Shown piece by piece: positions 25,364 through 32,282 of a stretch of 64,000 bases of DNA. A program made the position numbers and the translations under genes. Every line of letters starts with the position of its first letter. Position 1 is the first letter of the stretch. A model generated the notes under the pieces. That model was given only the letters and a program-made list of their open reading frames with translations. It had not been told where the DNA came from and made no database searches. The DNA is from Pirellulales bacterium (GTDB lineage Bacteria; Planctomycetota; Planctomycetia; Pirellulales; JAICIG01). The stretch spans positions 4,139 through 68,138 of the forward strand of contig DATLUO010000088.1 in the NCBI GenBank assembly GCA_035533075.1. The letters are read 5' to 3'.

Positions 25364-25669
25364 TCACTCGGGCTTCTCCGGCACGAGACTGCGCCGCGCC
25401 GCGCGTTCGCGTTGAATGTGCTCCAACAGTTCGTCGGGATCATCGTCGGCCGGCCACAGGTCGCTCAACTCATCGAGTTCCGAGACCGGCGAAACTCCCT
25501 GCTGGGCCGCCAGCTCGTCAAGCGATGGCGATTTCCAGAAGGACGGAGCGGCAGATTCATCGGGCACGACGCGCGGCTCGAATTCAACGCGGGTGCGTTC
25601 GGGCAGGTCAACCGGACCGACTGGGCGAAATACGCCTTGTTCATAAATGGCGTGAATGACGTTGCTCAT
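25364..25669 (-). CDS. DUF104-like antitoxin, apparently orphan
   Basis: Within ORF 25364..25690. The ATG at 25669 is preceded by GAGGA. The N-terminus is MSNVIHAIYEQGVFRPVGPVDLPERTRVEF and the tail is acidic (...LDELSDLWPADDDPDELLEHIQRERAARR). No toxin gene follows. Confidence 0.65.
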   Translation of the reverse strand: MSNVIHAIYEQGVFRPVGPVDLPERTRVEFEPRVVPDESAAPSFWKSPSLDELAAQQGVSPVSELDELSDLWPADDDPDELLEHIQRERAARRSLVPEKPE

Positions 25670-25683
25670 AGCGAATCCTCTCG

Positions 25684-25795
25684 GAGTCACGCCCCATCGG
25701 GGCCACTTTGGTTCATCCTATCTATTCACCCAGGGTCCCGCTGCGCTGCGCCCTGGGCTATCGAATCGCGCCCCTTCGGGGCTACGGTGCGGAAT
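25684..25795 (+). repeat. REP-like element type 2, copy 2
   Basis: GAGTCACGCCCCATCGGGGC...CCCAGGGTCCCGCTGCGCTGCGCCCTGGGCTATCGAATCGCGCCCCTTCGGGGCTAC. It is inverted relative to 15642-15745. Confidence 0.8.
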
Positions 25796-26219
25796 TCACG
25801 ATTCAGGCGAGCTGGATGGGGCCTTGGGATGCTTCCGCGGCCCCATGTTAGCTCACCATCTCCTTCACCAATCCGCGCAAGGCGGATGGGGTCGGGCGAA
25901 AAAAAATCCGGGGGCGGCGCGTTCGGTCGGCCGCCGGCTACCGCTAACTATGATGACGGGCAAAACGGCCCGAGTAAACCATCCCCCGTCTGCGAACATG
26001 GCGTCGCCAGAGGCGAGCGGCAATTCAATGGATTGTCCCTCCGACCCGCCTGTGTCGCGCTGGACGAAGATTTTGGCGGGCAAAGTCGGGCGAAGTGCCG
26101 CCCCGCCAAGCCGCAACGTCGGCCCAGGCAGTTCACGCCCAAGCCCTTTTTATTGGCTGGTTTGAGAGATAATCCCGCAAGTCCTTACGGTTTCGTGGTT
26201 TGCGCGAATAATATCAGTA

Positions 26220-26247
26220 TTGACTCGTTGCCCAAGCTAGCTATAAT
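26220..26247 (+). promoter_or_regulatory. Near-consensus sigma-70-type promoter (TTGACT-N16-TATAAT)
   Basis: TTGACT at 26220-26225 and TATAAT at 26242-26247, in an otherwise GC-rich intergenic region. It lies about 230 nt upstream of the response-regulator ATG at 26479. Confidence 0.45.
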
Positions 26248-26478
26248 TCCCGCGCGGTGGGCAAGTTCGGTAAGCCTGGAAAGAATCGCGGAAACTGCCG
26301 AATGCGGAAGCGCTGGGTTGTAAACGGTTTACGGACACAGCGAGCTAAGGGCTAAGTTGCGTTTTGGCGTCACACGGAGGATAGGAACTTCCCGCTGTCT
26401 GTCGCGTTGGCAGGCCGGCCGGAGGTCCCGCTGAGACTAGCCTCACCATCGGCTAGGAGAAGGGTGGTTTAGCGAATT

Positions 26479-27063
26479 ATGAAAACTGTGTTCACTACGG
26501 GCGAGGCGGCCAAGATTTGCAAGGTCAGCCAGCAAACGATTATTCGGTGTTTTGATTCGGGACAACTCAAGGGTTTCCGCGTGCCGGGCAGCCGTTTTCG
26601 GCGAATTCCGCGGGAACAGCTCTTTCACTTCATGCGCGACAACGGCATTCCCACCGACGCGCTGGAAAGCGGCAAACGCAAGGTGCTGCTCGTCGATGAC
26701 GACCAGGAACTGGTCGAGCTGATCACCGACGTACTGGAACGCGACGGCCGCTTCGAGGTCCGCACGGCCAACAACGGCTTCGACGCCGGCATGATGGTCA
26801 AGGAATATCGCCCCGACCTGATCGTGCTCGACGTCATGCTGCCCGACATCAACGGCAAAGAGGTTTGCCAGCGGGTCCGCAGCGACAGCACCATGGACGA
26901 GGTGCGGATCATCTGCATTTCGGGCATGGTCGAGGAAGACAAGATCGACGACCTGCGGGCTTCGGGCGCCAACGACTTCTTGCACAAGCCGTTCGAGGTG
27001 GAAGCCCTGATCGACCGCATGTGCATGCTGCTGGAAATGGAAACCGCCACGACGGTCCGCTAG
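26479..27063 (+). CDS. Response regulator with an N-terminal excisionase/MerR-type HTH followed by a REC domain
   Basis: ORF 26479..27063. The HTH is TTGEAAKICKVSQQTIIRCFDSGQLKGFRVPGSRFRRIPREQL. The REC domain is KVLLVDDD...PDLIVLDVMLPDING...HKPF. Confidence 0.88.
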   Translation: MKTVFTTGEAAKICKVSQQTIIRCFDSGQLKGFRVPGSRFRRIPREQLFHFMRDNGIPTDALESGKRKVLLVDDDQELVELITDVLERDGRFEVRTANNGFDAGMMVKEYRPDLIVLDVMLPDINGKEVCQRVRSDSTMDEVRIICISGMVEEDKIDDLRASGANDFLHKPFEVEALIDRMCMLLEMETATTVR

Positions 27064-27092
27064 GCGGATGGCTTCATCGGCCCGTAATCGCC

Positions 27093-27821
27093 ATGAGCGA
27101 ATTCGACGAGCGCCTGACGGCTGCCAAGCTGGAAGCGATGGCTGAATTTGCGGCCGGGGCGGGCCACGAGATCAACAACCCGATCGCCGTCATCGCCGGC
27201 CGGGCACAATTGCTGCTCGACGGCGAGACGGATCCGCAGCGGCGACGCGAACTGGCGGTCATCCAAGCGCAGGCCATGCGCGTGTATGAGATGATCGCCG
27301 ACATGATGCTTTTTGCCCGGCCGCCTGCCCCGCGGCTTGCTGATTGCGACATGGCGACGGTCGCGGAGAACGTTGTGGCGGAACTTGCCGGCAAGGCCCG
27401 TGAAAAGCAGGTCCGCCTAGAGCTGCAGACGTGCTCGCAACCGTTCACCCTATCGGCCGACGCGAACCAGTTGGCCGTGGCCGTGCAAGCGCTTTGCCAG
27501 AACGCGTTGGATGCCGTCGATCGCGGCGGATGCGTGAGTGTGAGCGTCGAGCGTCTGCCTGCTGCCAACATTCCAGGTGAAGATCGCATCGCCATCACGG
27601 TCGCCGACGACGGGGGCGGCATCGCGGCCGATGCCCAGGAACATCTTTTCGATCCCTTCTATTGCGGACGCCCGGCCGGGCGACGCTTGGGCATGGGGCT
27701 GGCCAAAGCATGGCGCATCGTCCGCAATCACCGGGGCTGGATCTCCGCTGAGAATCGGCCGACGGGAGGTGCGATGTTTATGATGGTACTCCCAGCCACC
27801 GTCACTGCTTCAGAGCATTAG
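27093..27821 (+). CDS. Soluble histidine kinase (HisKA + HATPase only, no sensor domain)
   Basis: Within ORF 26865..27821. The ATG at 27093 gives MSEFDERLTAAKLEAMAEFAAGAGHEINNPIAVIAGRAQLL, which includes the H-box. Also present are NALDAV, DDGGGI and GMGLAKAWRIV. Only about 25 aa precede the H-box. Confidence 0.85.
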   Translation: MSEFDERLTAAKLEAMAEFAAGAGHEINNPIAVIAGRAQLLLDGETDPQRRRELAVIQAQAMRVYEMIADMMLFARPPAPRLADCDMATVAENVVAELAGKAREKQVRLELQTCSQPFTLSADANQLAVAVQALCQNALDAVDRGGCVSVSVERLPAANIPGEDRIAITVADDGGGIAADAQEHLFDPFYCGRPAGRRLGMGLAKAWRIVRNHRGWISAENRPTGGAMFMMVLPATVTASEH

Positions 27822-27836
27822 AGCATTACAGGCACG

Positions 27837-28214
27837 TCAGCGACTGCCAACGTGCGCTTCTGTGTCAAGCTCCGGCGCGGCCGTCATGCGTGGCTCAAGC
27901 TCAGGGGCATCTTGCCATTCGCCCCGCAATTCCGACAGCACCCGCGACAACACGCCGTTCTTGCTCCATCGCTGATACCAGCGGTGGATAGTGCTGTCGT
28001 CGCCGAACTCTTTGGGCAGTTTGTTCCAGTGGCAGCCGGTCCGCAGGCGGTAAACGATGCCGTTGAGCACTTGTCGCCAATCGGCCGGCTTGCGGCCCGG
28101 ACCTTTTCGCAACGGGCTGTCCTCCAACAGAATCGGGTAGACCCGCTGCCATGCCTCGTCGGAAACCCGCCACTCGGACTCGTGATTACTATCGAATCTC
28201 CGCTCGGTAATCAT
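27837..28214 (-). mobile_element. IS5-family transposase N-terminal (OrfA/DUF4096-like) remnant with no DDE domain
   Basis: Within ORF 27837..28262. The ATG at 28214 is preceded by GGAGGG. VSDEAWQRVYPILL...GRKPADWRQVLNGIVYRLRTGCHWNKLPKEFGDDSTIHRWYQRWSKNGV is the conserved IS5/IS4 OrfA signature. No catalytic ORF follows before the kinase stop at 27821. Confidence 0.75.
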
Positions 28215-28602
28215 TTTTCCCTCCATACGCCCTCTTTCTCTGGCAAGCAACTGGCATACCAAGCGGACCTCTGAAGGTCATTCGTGTTCCGATAGGCAAT
28301 CTGACTGCCGTTTGCCGCACACAGCTATCCCCCATTGGGCTGCCGTTTGTTCAAGACCGCCTGGAAAGGCCGCCCCACCGCGGGAGTTTTGAGATAGCCT
28401 CTTTTTGTCCCGGCAACACTCGCTGGTAGTTCAGCCGTCATTCCGCTCGCTGTACGGCCAAAGTCGTTCCTGCCCGCAAAGTCGGCGCAACCGTTACCTC
28501 CGGAACCCGAATTTCGCTTCGCGGCCGCATTCGGCCGGTTCTGATTTGTGGGTGGTAGCGATTCTGCCGATAGTGCGCAAGGTACGGCGTAGGACGGTGG
28601 CA

Positions 28603-28631
28603 TTGAAACCGCGTTTTATTCGGAAAATACT
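28603..28631 (+). promoter_or_regulatory. Possible promoter (TTGAAA-N17-AATACT)
   Basis: This AT-rich patch lies 27 nt upstream of the ATG at 28658, which has a GGGAGG ribosome-binding site at about 28645-28650. The -10 element is weak. Confidence 0.25.
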
Positions 28632-28657
28632 AGATTCCTTGCTAGGGAGGCCCGGCC

Positions 28658-29644
28658 ATGAATACGGCGCGTCACCAAGTTGCCCCAACAAGTGCCCTGG
28701 TCTTGGCCGTCTCGCTGCTGGCCGGCTGCTCGTCGTCCGGCGGCACCTTCACCCTATTTCCCACCGGCGACTACCTGCTGAAGTCGACGAAACTCGTGCG
28801 GCGAAGCGTACCCCGCCAACTGCCGGTGCCGCGCGAACTGGAAAAGACCCTTCTGCCGGACTACGTCCTCCAGCCCGGTGATGTGCTCGTCGTTGACCCG
28901 ACGGCGCTCGACTCACCGGTCCGCTTTCCGGCCGACCAGACGATTCTGGCCGACGGCACCATCGACCTGGGTCGTTTCGGCCGCATCATTGTGGCCGGCA
29001 AAACCATCGAGCAAGTCGAAGCCGACGTCGCCGCCGCGGTGCGGGGCGTGGAGCCAGGCGCCGCCCCAGGCGTCAACGTGCGACTGGTGAATCCCCAGAG
29101 CGCGGTCTACTACGTGCTGGGCGAGGTGAACTCGCCCGGCTCGTTCCCGTTGATCGGTCGCGAGACGGTGCTCGACGCGCTTCTGGCGGCCGGCGGTTTG
29201 AGCGACAAGGCCTCGCCGTGCAACATCATTCTGAGCCGGCCCACCGAGCCCAGTGGCTGCCGCACGGTGCTGCCGGTTTGCTACCGCCACATCGTGCAAT
29301 TGGGCGACACCACCACCAACTATCAAATCATGCCGGGCGACCGTGTGTATGTGGCCACGCGGACCTTTGGTGAAGCGCTATTCAACAAGCGGTCCTGCCC
29401 GATCTGCCAGGGCGTGCAATGCCCCTGCCCGAGCAGTTCGGCCTTGCTGCCCGCTCTACCCACCATCACGCCGCCGCGCGTCATTGGCGGCGCGATCCCC
29501 CTGCCAGCGACCGACGAATCGCTGCCCGAATCGCCGTATGTTCCCAACGAGATGCCGAAGGCCCCGCCGATCGACGACGCAACGGGCATGGACGAGGACG
29601 CACCGCCCGTCTTGTCGCGAACATCGGCGGTGGTCCGTCCGTAG
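28658..29644 (+). CDS. Polysaccharide export lipoprotein (Wza-like: Poly_export + SLBB)
   Basis: ORF 28658..29644. Lipobox LLAGCSS. LQPGDVLVVD...DGTIDLGRFGRIIVAGKTIEQVEADV; YYVLGEVNSPGSFPL...TVLDALLAAGG...YQIMPGDRVYV. Confidence 0.8.
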   Translation: MNTARHQVAPTSALVLAVSLLAGCSSSGGTFTLFPTGDYLLKSTKLVRRSVPRQLPVPRELEKTLLPDYVLQPGDVLVVDPTALDSPVRFPADQTILADGTIDLGRFGRIIVAGKTIEQVEADVAAAVRGVEPGAAPGVNVRLVNPQSAVYYVLGEVNSPGSFPLIGRETVLDALLAAGGLSDKASPCNIILSRPTEPSGCRTVLPVCYRHIVQLGDTTTNYQIMPGDRVYVATRTFGEALFNKRSCPICQGVQCPCPSSSALLPALPTITPPRVIGGAIPLPATDESLPESPYVPNEMPKAPPIDDATGMDEDAPPVLSRTSAVVRP

Positions 29645-29772
29645 GGCGGGGCCACCGATCAACTTGCACTTATCTGTCCATCGTGAGAAAATCATGAAAC
29701 GTCGCCGCAACGGCGGTCATCGAGCCGTACGGCGAGATTCTTTTCATGGTAAATCGCGAGGGAGTGGCGAGA

Positions 29773-32268
29773 ATGCAACGCAGGCCAATGGCGGTGACGG
29801 CGGTCGTTCTTCTGGTCGCATTCGGGTATAGTTCGGCCCCGGCCAGGGCGGCGAAAACGCCGGGCCTCGGCGATCCCGGTCGCCTTGCCAGCGCCGAGTT
29901 CGCCAAGATCGGCCAGCCGCCGCTCGATGGGCCGGACGCACGCAAGCAACTGCTCGTCGACGGCATGTATTCCAGCGGCCAGGTGCGCGATCTGACGCCC
30001 ACGATCACCTGGCAGGCCTCGCCCGGGGGCATTGTGGCCATCAGCCCGACCGGCCTGGTGACGCCGCTGGCCGACGGTGTCGTCAAGATCACGGCCAAGT
30101 CGGAAGGTGGCATGCAGGCGGTAACCGAACTGACCGTCAAGAACTTCAATACGCCCCGCCCAATCAACTTTCCCAACCAGATCGTACCGATCTTCACCAA
30201 GAACGGTTGCAATGCGGGCGGCTGTCACGGCAAGTCCACTGGCCAGAACGGCTTTCGTCTTTCGCTGCTCGGTTTCTATCCCAGCGACGACTACGAGTTT
30301 CTCGTCAAAGAGGCCCGCGGCCGACGGCTGTTCCCCAGCGCGCCCGACCAAAGCCTGTTGCTGTTGAAAGCCACCAACACCGTCGCGCACGGCGGCGGGC
30401 ATCGCCTGGAAAAAGAGAGCTATGAATACGGGCAAATCGTCCGCTGGCTCGAGCAAGGGATGCCCTATGGCAAGCCCGACGATCCCGTGGTCGAGCGCAT
30501 CGAAGTCTTCCCCGACACGCGGGCGATGGACCGCGACAGCCGGCGGCAACTGGCCGTGTTGGCTTATTACAGCGACGGCTCGACCGAAGACGTGACGCAC
30601 ATCGCTCAGTATGAATCGAACGACGGCGAGATGGCCGAAGTGTCGCCGGCCGGGCTGGTTCACACGTTCGACCTGACCGGCGACGTGGCCGTGATGGCCC
30701 GCTTTCAGGGGCAGGTGAGCGTGTTTCGCGCCACGCTGCCGCTGGGCATCGAGGTGGCCGACGGCAGCCTGCCGCCGCGCCGCAACTTTATCGACGAGCT
30801 GGTCTTCGCGAAGCTCAAGGCACTCGGCATTCCGCCGTCGCCCGTTTGCGACGACGCCACCTTCGTGCGGCGTGCCACGCTCGACATCGCCGGGCGGATC
30901 CCCGCGGCCGATGAAGCCCTGGCGTTCACGGCCGACACCGATTCGCAAAAGCGGGACAAGCTGATCGACCTCCTGCTTGATAGCGCCGGTTACGCCGATT
31001 ACTTCGCCAACAAGTGGAGCGTCATCCTGCGAAACCAGCGGGTGAACCAGAACTACACCCGCGGCACCTACGCCTTCCACGATTGGATTCGCCGCGGCAT
31101 TCTGACCAACAAGCCCTACGACCAGTTCGTCCGCGACATTGTTGGAGCGTCGGGCGAGATGGGGCAGAACCCGCCGGTCGCCTGGTACCGGGCCGTGCAG
31201 ACCTCCGAGCAGCAGCTTGAAGACACGGCCCAGCTTTTCCTCGGCCTGCGGATTCAGTGTGCCCGTTGCCATCATCATCCCTTCGAGCGTTGGAGCCAGC
31301 ACGATTATTACTCGTTCTCGGCGTTCTTCTCGCGCGTGGGCCGCAAGAACGGCATCAACGGCCTGCAGCCCCGCGACGAGCAGCGGATCTTTCACAACCG
31401 CGGGGAAGCCGTTGCCCGCAACCCTCGCACGGGCGAAAACCTCAAGCCCGCCGGCCTGGGAAGCGGGCCGGTGGAGATCGAGCCCGAGCACGATCCGCGG
31501 CAGGCATTGGTGGATTGGATGGCCTCCGCCGACAACCCCTTCTTCGCGCCGGCCTTGGTGAACCGTTACTGGAAACACTTCATGGGCCGCGGCATCGTCG
31601 AGCCGGAAGACGACATGCGCGTGACCAATCCTGCGTCGAATCCCGAATTGTTGCAGGCATTGGCCCGGCATTTCATCGACAGCCGCTTCGACATGAAGGA
31701 GCTGATCCGCACGATCTGCCGATCGAGCAGCTATCAACTCAGCTCGGAGCCGAACGAGTTCAACGCCGCCGACAAACAGAACTTTTCGTATTACCATCCG
31801 AAGCGACTCAACGCCGAAGTGCTGTACGACGCTTTGAATCAGGTGACGGCGACGGCGACGAATTTTAGCGGCCTGCCGTCGGGCACGCGGGCGGTGCAGT
31901 TGCCCGACAGCGGCGTGCAGAATTATTTTCTGACGGTGTTCGGCCGGCCGCAGGCCACCAGCCCCTGCGAGTGCGAGCGGTCGCAAGAAGCGAACCTGGC
32001 TCAGAGCCTGCACTTGTTGAACTCCAACGAGGTGCAAGGCAAGCTGCAAGCCGGCGACGGCCGGGCGGCCAAGCTGGCCCGCGACAAAGACCGTAGCGAC
32101 GCCGACAAGATTCGCGAGTTGTATGCCTGGGCCTACGCCCGCCAGCCCGACAAGGGCGAGCTTTCGTTGACGATCGACTATTTGGCCCGGCACGAGAACA
32201 AGCAACAGGCTTACGAGGACATTCTTTGGGCGTTGATCAATACCAAAGAGTTTTTGTTCAATCATTAG
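29773..32268 (+). CDS. DUF1549/DUF1553 protein with an N-terminal Ig-like (Big_2) domain and a planctomycete cytochrome-c-like motif
   Basis: Within ORF 29746..32268, start at the ATG at 29773. GCNAGGCHGKSTGQNGFRLSLLGF; DELVFAKLKALGIPPSP...TLDIAGRIP (DUF1549); IQCARCHHHPFERWSQHDYY (DUF1553). Confidence 0.85.
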   Translation: MQRRPMAVTAVVLLVAFGYSSAPARAAKTPGLGDPGRLASAEFAKIGQPPLDGPDARKQLLVDGMYSSGQVRDLTPTITWQASPGGIVAISPTGLVTPLADGVVKITAKSEGGMQAVTELTVKNFNTPRPINFPNQIVPIFTKNGCNAGGCHGKSTGQNGFRLSLLGFYPSDDYEFLVKEARGRRLFPSAPDQSLLLLKATNTVAHGGGHRLEKESYEYGQIVRWLEQGMPYGKPDDPVVERIEVFPDTRAMDRDSRRQLAVLAYYSDGSTEDVTHIAQYESNDGEMAEVSPAGLVHTFDLTGDVAVMARFQGQVSVFRATLPLGIEVADGSLPPRRNFIDELVFAKLKALGIPPSPVCDDATFVRRATLDIAGRIPAADEALAFTADTDSQKRDKLIDLLLDSAGYADYFANKWSVILRNQRVNQNYTRGTYAFHDWIRRGILTNKPYDQFVRDIVGASGEMGQNPPVAWYRAVQTSEQQLEDTAQLFLGLRIQCARCHHHPFERWSQHDYYSFSAFFSRVGRKNGINGLQPRDEQRIFHNRGEAVARNPRTGENLKPAGLGSGPVEIEPEHDPRQALVDWMASADNPFFAPALVNRYWKHFMGRGIVEPEDDMRVTNPASNPELLQALARHFIDSRFDMKELIRTICRSSSYQLSSEPNEFNAADKQNFSYYHPKRLNAEVLYDALNQVTATATNFSGLPSGTRAVQLPDSGVQNYFLTVFGRPQATSPCECERSQEANLAQSLHLLNSNEVQGKLQAGDGRAAKLARDKDRSDADKIRELYAWAYARQPDKGELSLTIDYLARHENKQQAYEDILWALINTKEFLFNH

Positions 32269-32282
32269 ATGCGGGGGGCAAG

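Noticed and set aside
26250-26478. Known riboswitch or housekeeping RNA (TPP, c-di-GMP, SRP, 6S) in the long leader
   Set aside because: The CTGAGA-like stretch at about 26431 lacks the rest of the TPP consensus. No other class signature is recognisable by eye. It is kept only as an unexplained leader.
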